DNA from: Octopus vulgaris
Lineage: Eukaryota
Length of the DNA stretch: 64,000 bases
Direction of reading: 5' to 3'
Assembly (NCBI GenBank): GCA_951406725.2
Contig: OX597819.1
Coordinates: forward strand, 38,130,001 to 38,194,000
The position numbers and the translations under genes are program-made. This document shows positions 51,305-64,000 of the stretch, piece by piece. How positions within the stretch are numbered: position 1 is the first letter of the stretch; every line of letters begins with the position of its first letter. Under the pieces are notes generated by a model. That model saw only the letters and a program-made list of their open reading frames with translations, was not told where the DNA came from and made no database searches.

Positions 51305-51633
51305 CTCAGTGGTTAGAGCATCGAGCTTACGATCGTGAGGTTGTGAGCTCGAATCCCGGACCGGGCTGGGTGTTGTGTTCTTGAGCAAGGCACTTTATTT
51401 CACGTTGCTCCAGTTCACTCAGCTGTAGAAATGAGTTGCGACGTCACTGGTGCCAAGCTGTATCGACCTTTGTCTTTCCCTTGGATAACACTGGTAGCGT
51501 GGAGAGGAGAGGCTGGTATGCATGGGCGACTGCTGGTCTTCCATAAACAACCGTGCCCGGACTTGTGTCTAGGAGGGTAACTTTCTAGGTGCAATCCCAT
51601 GGTCATTCATGACCGAAGGGGGTCTTTACCCTT
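51305..51633 (+). mobile_element. tRNA-derived SINE family C
   Basis: CTCAGTGGTTAGAGCATCGAGCTTACGATCGTGAGGTTGTGAGCTCGAATCCC head; matches 62686-63022 (-). Confidence 0.88.
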
Positions 51634-51806
51634 TATATATATATATATAATATATGTATGTATGCGTGTGCTTATATTTATTTGATGTTTTGATGTTTGA
51701 CATTATCTATTACACACACACACTGAGAGGCAGACAGACAGACAGACAGACAGATAGATAGATAGAGAGATAGACAGACAAATGAATATGTAGATAAATA
51801 GAAAGG

Positions 51807-51855
<49 letters not shown>

Positions 51856-52937
51856 CTAATTATAATGATAATAAACTTATTGTATACAGCACTCAGGTGC
51901 ATTACAACAACTTGTCGGAAAAGGGTAAAAAAAGGTACTGAAGCAGCCATAAGCCATATAAAGAGATACACACAATGAAAGCTAAAAGTACATGCACAGT
52001 ACACTGAATAAAACATGAAAAGACAGAAAAACGAACAGCGAAAGAGGCATAAAGAGGAAAGGGAGCATAGACTTATCAAGAGTAATGTTGGTGAATTTTG
52101 GGAAGCATGTTGTACTGCACTGCTTTACACATACACACACACACACACGTGCATGCAGATACACATACACACATACATATATATAAACGTGCATATTTAT
52201 GCATGTATGTCTGTGTGTTTGTGTATGTGTATGTATGTACATGTATGTGTGTATTTGTGTGTATGAATGTTTGTATTCTGCACTCTGCTTCATAGCTTTG
52301 CTCTAAAAATAATCATTGGGGATATTTATTGATATTCCTTGTCAAAAAAATCGTCCTGTAATAATGCGCTTTTGAAGATTATTGGAATAAAAAAAAAAGT
52401 GGGAAAAGTTTGCAACAACTGTAAAACAATTTCCTCAATAACATATATTCACCCGGCCCATTCTAGCATAGAGAAATAGATGTAAAACAAATGTATGCAT
52501 GAAGGAATTCTAATTTTGCATGCTAGCTAGTATTCAATATTATTTATCTGCCTAGTTAAACTCCTTATTCATGCATCATGACTTCTGAAATTTATACAGC
52601 AGTATATGCTTTGCTGAAGAGACCTAATAAAGTTGAAACATCTCTCAAATTCTCTCCCATACATGCTGGAATATCATCCTCATTTTTATTGTTTTATGTC
52701 CAACTTTCAATGCTTGCATTAGTCTGATGGAGTTTTTCTTGGCAGATATTCTACAGCTGAATGCCTTTCGTCTCATCCACCCATACCTGTTTCCAAGCAG
52801 GGGTAATATTTTTCCATAGCTAGACATTTTTTCACAGACTGTTGTAAATGAATGACATTCATTTATAACAAGCATGTCATTTCAAGACAAAGAGACACAA
52901 GTACACTAACGCACACACACACAAAAACACACGTATG

Positions 52938-52983
<46 letters not shown>

Positions 52984-52986
52984 AGT

Positions 52987-53285
52987 GTGGAGGCACAATG
53001 GACCAGTGGTTAGGGCAGCGGACTCGCAGTTTCAATTCCCAGACCAAGCGTTGTGAGTGTTTATTGAGCGAAAACACCTAAAGCTCCACGAGGCTCCGGC
53101 AGGGGGTGGTGGCAATCCCTGCTGTACTCTTTCGCCACAACTTTCTCTCACTCTTTCTTCTGTTGGCCTGCTCGCTTAGCCAGCGGGGTGGCATCATTTG
53201 GAGGCTAAAACAATGCGAAGCACATTGTGACCAGCGATGTGTAGCAACATCTGATAGCCTGGTCGGTCACGGTGATCACGGTGAT
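52987..53285 (+). mobile_element. SINE family D variant
   Basis: Shares head and body with 37441 but has a different 3' tail. Confidence 0.7.
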
Positions 53286-53761
53286 ATATACAAGTAAGAT
53301 GAAGATTCAGATAGAATCAGGTACTTGAAAAGGTATGCACCAGATAGGGTTGAGTAATATATGTGGTTCTGGTCTATGTTTGGTGAGAGCTGAAACATTG
53401 GATAGAATATTTTGGTTGTGTACAATAAGAGAAAACCAGCCATATGTTTATTTAGCATCTAAGGGGCCGGACCAAATCATGCGTTACTTTGAATAGTACA
53501 ATGTTGGTATACTCTAGGGTGTCTGACAAGTTTTAACATCCCTTGTTGTATTATAATCAAATAAATAATAATATACAATGGATATATTATTCATTTATAT
53601 ATATATATACACACACACAAACACACATACACATATACTTACATACATATATATGTATACACACATGTATATGTATATTCACATATATATGTATGTGTAT
53701 GTGTGTGTGTGTGTACATATATATATGAATATATGTATATGTATATATGTATGTATGTATG

Positions 53762-53820
<59 letters not shown>

Positions 53821-55231
53821 TAATATATAAAATCCATTCTGTCTGTCTGTGTGCTTATAAATCGAGTATCATTCATCCAATTGCACTGAAATTTTAAACA
53901 TGGATACATGAGAAGCGGGGTGTTTCATAATCTAAAAAATTGTTACTTTCAAAATGCAAATTGCTATGTTTGTAATCTTTATGTCCTGTTTGTTCTGCCA
54001 TTAAAACAACCAGTTGCTCAGACAGTTGGCACATACCATTTTGCTAGCAACAAAGAGAGTACAGGATATCAGTCAGCCCAAACCATTGCTATGCTGTCTC
54101 TCTTCTTTCCTCTCTCTGTGGGGTTAATAATCTTAATCTTTAGTTATAGTTTCTCATTCAACTACATAATAGGCAGAATTGTCGGATTAAGACTGTAGGG
54201 TGTTTTGAGGGAGATTTGGTTGCTATTTCTACTAGTTCTAGCTACCAGGTAGAGGTCTCCCTCGTTTGCTTATACACACACACACACATATATGTATGTA
54301 TGTATATAATATAAATAAAATACTTAAAGCAACAGGCATCAAATACAAAAGCCAAGGTCCATGCAGTGGCATGGGCCAAAAAAATTTCTAACTTATTGCC
54401 TAATGCAAGCCCAGACAAATCTGTTATCACTTACACTATTTCAGTATTACATCTGTGTTGTAATGTGAGATACAATCCTATATATTATATATTCCTTATG
54501 CTTTCCAAAACCAAGTTACATATTTTGATGTATGGGTATCAAATGATTCACTACTATTTTGGCTACAAATTAAACTTAATTTCCATTCAGATATTTGCAT
54601 TTCAAAAATTTAACATAATCTTTTCCATAAATCAACTATCGTAAAAATCTTATACAATGCCGTCACATTTTCTAAATGTGTGTGTACCTTAAAAGACATC
54701 AATCATCATGACACACACCTTCACTCACTCACTCTCTCTCTTTCTCACCATCTTTCTCTCTCACATACACATGCGCAAGCACACACACATGCACACACAT
54801 ACACACGTCCATTTCATATATATGTACATACATCTTTCACTTTCTTTCTCTGTTCTTTTTGCTTTCTCTTCTTTCAATTTCTGCTCTCTTCAAATAAAAT
54901 TTTTACAGATACAACTGCTTACAAAAGTAGGGATTAATGTATAATTTCTTTCTATGTTCATAATCTTTTGTTTACAATATTGGGGAAAATATGCCTCCAA
55001 AGAGAAGACGTAATCTCTCCAGAAACAAGTATAAAGCAAGGAGGATTGTAGAAAACCGAAGGCGGGTGTCTGAAGAGAGAAGCTAGATGAGATTTTCTCA
55101 AGATCAGCAAATGCTTGTTGCAGCACTTAATGCTGGATCATTAAATCAATGTTTCAATGATTAGACAGAGGTCCAGTAGAATAGCTCTCAGAAACAGACT
55201 ATGCTACAAATTTGTTCTTCACAACTCTTCA

Positions 55232-55640
55232 AGCTGTTTTCAGATATGATCCATCCCATTCTTATAAAAATAATTACTCTGTCCAAATTGATGTGCTAAA
55301 CACAAATTGTCTTTTATGTAGAGCTTTAAAATTTTCAAATGAGACAAATGGTATGTGCTGCTCAGGCAGTCAGGTAACATTGTCAGCACTACCAGCTCCT
55401 TCTCAACCTCTTATGGATCTTCTAGAAGGCATTTCCATCCAGTCAAAGGATTTTCTGAACAATATCAGACAATACAACTCTACAAATGACATCGTTTCGT
55501 GCATCTAAGAAGATAGATAAACATGAATTTACGCCGACGTCAAAGTTCAAGGACAAGTCTATCACCTCATTGGTTCCGTGTTACCCACAAATGAACAACC
55601 ACAGTTTCTCCAAATTTACTTTATGAGTAATGTAGGACAG
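55232..55640 (+). mobile_element. Helitron Rep N-terminal fragment (possible 5' end at 53818, A|TCTTAATATATAAAA)
   Basis: CLLCRALKFSNETNGMCCSGSQVTLSALPAPSQPLMDLLEG..SKDFLNNIRQYNS / MTSF..FTPT / KVQGQVYHLIGSVLP..PQFLQIYF. Confidence 0.85.
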
Positions 55641-56118
55641 CAAACCCATTTAAAAAAATTTATGATGATAGCATCTCTGAACAATATGCTCACAACTATA
55701 CTGTTAAATTTTATTGTTGAATTCAACACTATTGGACTTGAAAAGACAAGGGGAAATGTAAGCCATAAAGCATTCCAATACTTTTTCTGAGAACAGAGTC
55801 TTTGCTACAACAACAACACTGTTCCCTGCTGTTGCTGCTGCTGCTGCTAATACTGTTGCTACCACCATCACCACCACCATCACTATCATTATCACCACCA
55901 GGTTTTCCTTACTACTAGATCAAGATAGCTCTACTTTTGTATTGCGAACATAGCCATGTGGTTAAAAGGCTTGCTTTGCAACCATGTAGTGCGATCTTCA
56001 GTCCCATTATGTGGCACTTTGAGCAAGTGTCTTCAACTAAATCCTTGGTCAACTAAAGCCTTGTAAGTGAAATTGGTAGACTGAAAATGCGTGGAAAACT
56101 CTTCTATATTCATTTATG

Positions 56119-56150
<32 letters not shown>

Positions 56151-56224
56151 TGCATGCATGCATGTATGTATGTACATATGTCTGTATGTATGTAGTATGT
56201 ATGTATGTATGTATCTATCTATCT

Positions 56225-56690
56225 ATAAAATAATATAAACACCTAAGTACAATATAATACCATTAAGGAAACATTTCGTCACTAAATGTGACTGAGGGTG
56301 CTAAAGCACCTACATTACTAGAAATAAGATTTAAAGACTCTTATTGCTGTAAGAAAAGCGTAATATATATACACTGACATGGGATATAACCACCTCATGA
56401 ACATCACAAGAATAACTAGACTAGACTAGTTTTACCTATTTCACAGGCATCATCAGTAGTGGCTGTTCAAACAGTCGATGATTTGGCTAAATCTATCTGC
56501 CAGTATATATATTTTTACCATAAAAATTTATGGCTGGTTTAACGAAATGCTAATGCATATATTAAAAATTAATATAAACAGCTAGGCACAATATAATACT
56601 CTAAAGGAAATATTTTATCATCACTAAATGTAACTGAGGGTACCAAAGCATCTATACTGTTAGAAATATGAGTTAAAGGATCTTAATGCT
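56225..56690 (-). mobile_element. short element with ~125-bp direct terminal repeats and a central mutated HHR (56420-56460)
   Basis: Repeats 56225-56350 and 56561-56690. Minus strand acta CTGATGA t gcct gtgaaat aggt AAAAC TA GTC tagt (G12 changed to A). Confidence 0.7.
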
Positions 56691-57828
56691 ATATATATAT
56701 ATATAGATAGATAGATATATATATATCATCATCATCGTTTAATGTCCGTTTTCCATGCTAGCATGAGTTGGACGGTTTGACCGGGGTCTGGGAAGCCAGG
56801 AGGCTGTGCCAGGCTCCAGTCTGATCTGGCAGTGTTTCTACAGCTGGATGCCCTTCCTAACGCCAACCACTCCATGAGTGTAGTGAGTGCTTTTTACATG
56901 CCACCAGCACAGGTATCATAACTACAATTTCCATTTGATTTTTATTTTGATGTTGGTATTGATGTACTTGACTCAATAGGTCTCCTCAAGCACAACGGGT
57001 CACTCTATGATCCAAGGTTAGCACAGCAGGCCATCCTGTGAACCATGAACTCATTTCATTTGTCAGGTCTTCGCAGTCACAGCATATATATATATATATA
57101 TGTTTCTCTCCCTATATATATAGGGTGAGGAACAGGTAAAATGCACACTAAATGAATTTTAGCTAGCAGAGTCTCTGATGCAACAGTTATGTGATGAGAA
57201 GAGCCAAACTTCCTACACTTGAATCCCTAGATCATACCCCTTATATATATATGCAAATGTGAGTGTGTTTTTGTGTGTGTGTGTGTATGTGTGTGTGTGT
57301 GTGTACATATCAATGTGTTTTCTCCCCACCCAACTGCTTGACAACTAGTATCAGTGTGTTTATGCTCCTATAAATTAGTGGTTTGGCAAAAGAGACTAAG
57401 AGAATAATTATCAGGCTTAAAAAATAAGTACTGAGATTGGTTTGTTCAATTAAAGCCCTGCAAAGTAGTGCTCCAGCATGGTTCCAGTCCAATGGCTGAA
57501 ACCAGTAAAAGATAACAGATAAAGATGATAGCTTTTGTACAATAAACCGTGTTATGTTAAAACTATTGATATGTATTGTACTCAAGTATGCTGAATCCCA
57601 TAACAACGTGGTTTGCTGCTGTTCAGAGTTGAAAGATTTTATGGCTCTGGAGAGAGAACTCAGGCCTTGTGAAAATCTTTCTCTTTGTGAAGAATGTATT
57701 TCAGTCATGAAAGATGATTGGAGAATAAAGAGCCATGGTATGTTTGTGTGTTTGTGCCTGTATGTCTGTGTGTTTGTGTCTGTGCGCATCCATGTGTGTT
57801 TGTATGCATCTGCCTGTCTGTTTGTCTG

Positions 57829-57860
<32 letters not shown>

Positions 57861-57861
57861 A

Positions 57862-57896
<35 letters not shown>

Positions 57897-57941
57897 ACTA
57901 TCTATCTACCTATCCACATAAAAATACACACACGCACACAC

Positions 57942-58056
<115 letters not shown>

Positions 58057-58268
58057 GACAAAAAAAATATAATACATAATCTCCACCATGAAAGCATGGA
58101 AAAGTAGATGTTAAAATGATGATGATGATGATGATGTGTGTGTGTGTGTGTATACAGGGTATGTATGTGTGCATATATATATTATATATATTATATATAA
58201 ATGTATATCTGTGTGTAAGGGAAAATTGCAAGAATTATATGAGTGTTTATGTTTATCTCTCTCTCTCT

Positions 58269-58312
<44 letters not shown>

Positions 58313-59028
58313 ATATATACACACATACACACATATATATATATGTGTATGTCTGTATATATATATATTTATATATATGTATATATATATGTATATACAT
58401 ACAAATATGTGTATACTTGAGTTTGTTTGTTTCTGTGTGTGTGTGTGTGTGTGTGCGTGTGTTTTGTATAAAGAAAATGTGTAAGAACAACTTTACATTA
58501 AATTTACTATTTAAAGGTTTTTCAATAAATATTTTGTATTCAATATTTCGGAGTTGTTAACAACGCTATATATTAATAAAGATAAAAGAAAAATGTGAAA
58601 CATGCACACACAAAGGAGAGTCAAAATTTCTGGTAATTTCAATTATGGTTGGTTGGGCATTTAGTGGGGATCTCATTTTTTCATTACCTTCCAATGTTCA
58701 TTTCGCACTGTTGCACAAATACAGTTGACTATTGATCCATTTTCCCAAAATACACTTTGAATGGCATAAAGCCATCATGGACCATGAATTTGGGGACCAT
58801 TGCTTGTAGACTTCAATCCTGGTAGTTATTTAACCCTAAGTCAGTTTGACCAAGCTGAATTCTCAAAGTAGATATTCTAATCAAAATCAGCTTATTATAG
58901 TTATTATTATAGATGTCACACAGTATACAATATCGAAAGGTTGTTGATTAAAGATATTGTGTCTACCGTCGGTTTGCACTGTTTGTCAAGTCATAATAAG
59001 GACCTCAGACATACAGTACATATTATTA

Positions 59029-59074
<46 letters not shown>

Positions 59075-59631
59075 CATCATTATTATTATCATTATTATTA
59101 TTAAACGTTTGCATACTTAGCGGTATTTTGCCCATCACTATGTTCTGAGTTCAAATCCGCTGAGGTCGACTTTGCTTTTCATCTTTACGGGGTTGATAAA
59201 TTAAGTACCAGTGAAACATGGAGGTTGATGTAATTGACTAGTCCCCTCCTACCAAATTTCAGGCCTTGTGACTTTAGTAGCTGCATTTTGTTCATTTTTA
59301 CATTCTGAGTTCAAATTCTGCTGAGGTCACTTTTGCCTTTCATCCTTTCGAGGTCAATAAAATAAGTACCCGTTGATTGTTGGGATCCATGTAATTGATT
59401 AATCCCCCCCCCCCCAAATTTCAAGCCATGTGCCTATAATAGAAAGGATTATTATTATTATGAGTTTTTCTTCAATTTTGCTTGCATTTCTTGTCAAGCG
59501 TCTTCCAACTGATTGATCATTGAAATAAACACATCAGATTGTTCAATTACCAAATCAAATAAATATTTCGTTTTTGGATTTGGTTTGCAAGATTCTTTAT
59601 ATGAGTTCGTGTGTTGAAGCATATTCTGTTG

Positions 59632-59900
59632 TGTCTGGGGGGAGTCATTCTCTTTTAGTGCCTTATTATTTAACACACTCACCGGTAAAATTTCCACTTA
59701 TTTCTTATTTTTTATTTTTTTAAAAAATTTTGTTGCATCTTGCAACCTTTTCAATAGTCTTGACTCAAGAGTCAAGACTATTGAAAAGGTTGCAAGATGC
59801 AACGAAAATTTTAGAAAATAAAAATAAGAAATATGTGGAAATTTTACCGGTGAGTGTGTTAAATAATAAGGCACTAAAAGAGAATGACTCTCCCCAGACA
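59632..59900. mobile_element. fold-back element, ~133-bp arms with a 2-nt loop; left arm extends to ~59490
   Basis: Centre ...caatagtcttgactc aa gagtcaagactattg...; arms nearly identical. Confidence 0.93.
59778..59814 (+). ncRNA. minimal hammerhead-like motif, U3-A8 core variant (second family)
   Basis: cta TTGAAAA g gttgc aagat gcaac GAAAA TTT tag; palindromic AAAATTTT. Confidence 0.6.
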
Positions 59901-59934
59901 AATCAAATAAAGTTATGTGGAAAAAAATATTATT

Positions 59935-60430
59935 TACATAAAAGGTAATACATGTGATGTACCAGTTAAAATAATTATTGGCACTTCTTGCAGAAATGGT
60001 AAGCCAAGGATCATTCTGAAATAATTTTCTGTTCCTTCTTCAATCATTTCTAATGCTTCTACAATCGCTGGTACTGTAATCACCTTGAGATGCCAGATTT
60101 TTTCGATTTCAATGAACAAATCTTTACATTTTCTGAGTTTTTCAAATTCTTTTACTGAAATATTATGATCACAAGGGATACTTATGTCAATCAATTAACA
60201 GACTTTATTATTTTGATCTTTTATAACTATATCCAGTTTATTTGCTTTGATGGTTCTGTCTGTATGTTCTGGAAAATCCCAAAGAATCATTACATTTTCT
60301 CCTTCAGTTACAGCCTCAGGGCAATACTTATACCACTTGTCAACAGTTTTGATTTTATGATGCTGGTATATTAAACAGTGTAGATATTAGCCAACTCTGT
60401 CATGTCTTGAATCATGCTCTGACAGAATTA
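59935..60430 (-). mobile_element. RLE-type (R4/Dong-like) LINE 3' fragment
   Basis: IDISIPCDHNISVKEFEKLRKCKDLFIEIEKIWHLKVITVPAIVEAL...ILTGTSHVL. A second copy lies at 61525-61770 (-). Confidence 0.85.
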
Positions 60431-60835
60431 TTAACACACTTGGTGAAATGCTTAGAGGGATTTTGTCTGCCTCTACATTCTGAGTTCAAATTCTGCCAAG
60501 CTTGACTTTGCCTTTCATCCTTTCGGGGTCATTGAAATAAGTACCATTTATGCACTGGGTTGATGTAATCGACTTATTCCATTTGTCTATCCTTGTTTGT
60601 CCTCTCTGTGTTTAGCCCCTTGTGGGTAGTAAAGAAATAGGTATTTTGTCTGTCTTTACTTTCTGAGTTCAAATTCTGCCAAAGTTGACTTTGCCTTTCA
60701 TCCTTTCGGGGTCATTGAAATAAGTACCAGTTATGCACTGGGTCGATGTAATCAACTATCTCCCTTCCCCCCAAAATTTTTAAGGCCTTGCGCCTAAAGT
60801 AGAAGTAACAACAACAACAAACAAACAAACAAACT

Positions 60836-61199
60836 ATGCTGGATCATAGATATAGCATGCCCAGCTGACAACAAGGTATGCGATAAGGAAGAAAAAAATG
60901 TTGATAGATATGACAGGTTAGCCTGGGAGGTTAAGCAGTTGTGGTTGATGAAAAAGGTGATAGTAGTACCAATAATTGTCGAAGCCCTGGGAACAGTGAG
61001 CAAAAATCTCGAGAAGTATGTGGAATAAATAGGGGCTGCAATAAGGGTGGAGCACTTGCAGAAAACAGCACTGCTTGGAACTGCTCGAATATTCCAGAAG
61101 GTGCTCGAAAAATAAGAGGTGTTACCTTAGGTCACTGGTAGAGAACAGCTGACACTGCAATAAATCTCCAGCATTAGAAGCTGTGCAAAGGCAATAATG

Positions 61200-61240
<41 letters not shown>
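60836..61240 (+). mobile_element. RLE-type (Dong/R4-like) LINE 3' end with (TAA)n tail
   Basis: CWIIDIACPADNKVCDKEEKNVDRYDRLAWEVKQLW..IVVPIIVEALGTVSKNLEKY..LQKTALLGTARIFQKVLEK*, then (TAA)n. Confidence 0.88.
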
Positions 61241-62141
61241 TATTATTTTTATTATTATTATTATTATCATTATTATTATTATTACTTTTATTAGTATTTT
61301 CTTTCAATTCTGTTTCCATTTCTTGTTGAGTGTCTTTCTGACACCTAAGGCAGAAAAACATACTGTATACATTGGTAGGCCATTAAAACAAACATACCAG
61401 ATTGTTCAATTACAGAGTTATGTGATAGAGAAAAAGGGAAAGACTGAGAGAAAAAGGAAAAATAAAAAATAGGAAAGTAAACAAATAAAGGGGGAAAAAG
61501 GAATGAAAATTCACAGTGACAACACGCTTCTCAATACATGTAAAATACCAGTTAAGACAATCTTTTGCACTTCTGCATTGATGGTAAGCCAGGGATCATT
61601 CTTAAATAATTTTCAGTTCCTTTTTTGATCATTCCAAGTGCTCCTACAATCACTGGTATTGTAACCGTCCTGAGATGCCACATCTTTTCGATTTCAATTA
61701 GCAAATCTTTATATTTTCTGAACTTATCAAATTCTTTTGCTGAGATATTATGGTCACAGGGTATGCTCTATCATATAGACTTCATAAGCCAATGGCTTCT
61801 TCTATTTTTAAGATAGCAGAATGTGATTTTTGGGAGATTTGTGTTGTTATTTTTAGCAAGTTGAACAACCACTTTGATGCTTTGGTGTTGACTGAAACAA
61901 ACGTTGCTTTTGTGGTTGTTAGATAGTCCCAGGCTAATGCTGTTTGAGCAGACATTTGATTGAAAATATCCTGTCTTGACCATCTTGTATTTTACATGAC
62001 ATTTCAAGACTACATACCTCAATGAGTCTTTATTTAAGATGGAAGAGGTGATTAGAAAGAGATCTTGCTGCTATTTTTAGTAAGTTAAGTAACTTCTCAG
62101 AACAAGTATGTCAGACTTGTTTAGCTTTGGGGCTGGTTTAA

Positions 62142-62341
62142 CCCTTTAGCATTTAAACCGGCCAAAAGTTTTATGTTCAAACTGGCCATATCTGGTCTCT
62201 CACACCAACCCTACAATATCGTTTTAAAAATTAACAGCTACCTCATCAAAATCTCATAGCTACAAGATAAGGCATGATTAGTTCAAAACAATGTGGATGA
62301 AAAGGCATTAATTTTGGCAGAATAATGCGAACACTAAAGGG
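62142..62341. mobile_element. piggyBac-type MITE (200 bp)
   Basis: TTAA|CCCTTTAG ... CTAAAGGG|TTAA. Confidence 0.85.
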
Positions 62342-62685
62342 TTAAAGCATAAACTAGATCTTGCAGACTGGATTCCAACAATTATTTCTAAAATTCCATG
62401 CTGGTCAAATTAAATGAATAACAACTTCATTAAAAATATAGAAAGGTAAGAATATGAAGTGTTAGCAAAGTTTGCATGCAGAGATGTGTGGCTAAAAAGT
62501 CATCTACATAGCATATTATCATCTTCAGCCTCATTTAAAGTCTGCTTTCTTCACTGGCATGGGTTGGATGGTTTGACAGTAGCTGGAAAACCAGAAGACT
62601 ATGCCAAGGTCTATTGTTTATTTTGGCCTGGTTTCTGCACACTTTTTAGGTTTGGCTAAGCCGCTCCTACCCGTACTTTGCTCGG

Positions 62686-63022
62686 GACCCCTTTTGGTCA
62701 CGACACTGACCTTGGGATTGCACCTAGAAAGTTACCCTCCTAGTCACAAGTTTGGGCAAGGTGGTTTATGGAAGACCACAGCAGTCGCCCATGCATACCG
62801 GCCTCCCCTCTCCATGCCACCAGTGTTATCCAAGGGAAAGGCAGCAGCCGATACAGCTTGGCACCCGTGGCGTCGCAACTCATTTCTACAGCTCAGTTAA
62901 CTGGAACAACGTGAAATAAAGTGTCTTGCTCAAGAACACAACATGCAGTCCGGTCCGGGATTCGAGCTCACAACCTCACGATCGTAAGCTCGACGCTCTA
63001 ACCACTGAGCCATGCGCCTTCA
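62686..63022 (-). mobile_element. tRNA-derived SINE family C
   Basis: Minus-strand head GTGAAGGCGCATGGCTCAGTGGTTAGAGCGTCGAGCTTACGATCG. Confidence 0.88.
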
Positions 63023-63686
63023 CTACTTGGCTATGACAATGTTAAACGACGTAGAGGCTCCCTCGTTTAAGTTTGTCACAAAATGTAGTCGTTAATTATG
63101 TTCAAGGGAGGTAACCCAATTCACTTGTAATATATCTGCTTTCCCTTCTCTTTTCCCTCACAGCAGCAAATGTTATCTGTGTGCAGACGAATTATTGCAG
63201 CCAACTTCAACAACTTGCATTGCAAATAAGAGTTCTATGCACTCATTCATATAGGTGCAAATATATGCACATACGTAGGTGAATATATATATGTATATAT
63301 GAGAGGGTGAACATGCTGCACTTTAATATAGGGTCTTTGTAACAGCTGCAATCGAAAACAATACAGGAGAGAAAGAGGTCGAAGAATGACATTAAAAGGG
63401 CAAAATATAAATAAATAAAGAATGGAAGGCGTGAAGGAAGAATAGAAAAAAATGTTCAACAGCTGAAAACGTGCACACCGCTATGAGTTTTTTAAAATTT
63501 TTTTAAAATAAATAATTCTTTCAACTATCTTGTTCAGAACAAATATATTTTTTGGTTTGAATGGAAAATATTATTCATGTAAATTAAAAAAAAAAAATCA
63601 AATAATTCTTCTTAATCGAATTAAAAAGAAGAAAAGAAATTGAAAGGTTTTGTAGCTTATAATTTTACTTAAAATGATATAGTGGA

Positions 63687-63733
<47 letters not shown>

Positions 63734-64000
63734 TGATGTTGTACAATTAAGAAGATTAAAAAATTGCATGTTCTAGGTATTCACCTTTCAGAAACATAGG
63801 ATTGCGAAACAAAACGAAATAAAAATTAAACAAATAGAAATACAAAATAAAAAAAAGTGGGGAAATATTAAAAAAAAAAATATTAATTCTGTATTTCTTA
63901 GCTTTTCACTTCACGTTGATTACGTTTTAATTAGAATTAATGGAAGTAACTGTTTTTCCTTGAGGCAACCTTTATTCATATTAGCGAAGAATACATGGTG

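Noticed and set aside
51305-51365. tRNA gene candidates (also 32400-32470, 37445-37515, 62950-63020)
   Set aside because: A/B boxes are present but acceptor stems are incomplete, and each continues into a repeat body; these are SINE heads.
52610-52649. HHR-like tttg CTGAAGA gac..gtt GAAAC atctct caaa
   Set aside because: No proper stem III/NUH and a weak stem II; at most a decayed relic, so not counted.
63140-63260. Strong polypyrimidine tract plus CAG
   Set aside because: No convincing donor site or recognisable peptide; cannot be supported without RNA data.

Overview
AT-rich, microsatellite-laden eukaryotic DNA. The tRNA-derived SINE repertoire looks like an Octopus (coleoid cephalopod) genome; this is an inference, not a database result. 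I found no convincing host protein-coding exon, and nearly all listed ORFs are microsatellite or low-complexity artefacts. The window is mostly transposon remains: several SINE families, RTE/CR1/RLE(R4-Dong-like) LINE fragments, mariner/Tc1, hAT and piggyBac-type MITEs, Helitrons, a TRIM-like mini-LTR element and a Penelope-like GIY-YIG endonuclease relic. The main hidden signal is about a dozen minimal type-I hammerhead ribozyme (HHR) motifs, read by eye on both strands. They lie in short non-coding elements of several unrelated families, mostly inserted in (TA)n/(TACA)n/(AAT)n microsatellites, and many are long fold-back palindromes. Several have compensatory swaps of the catalytic C3-G8 pair (U3-A8 in two families, G3-C8 in one). 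One is joined to a tRNA-like Pol III head. All folds and translations are manual, and coordinates of degenerate elements are approximate.
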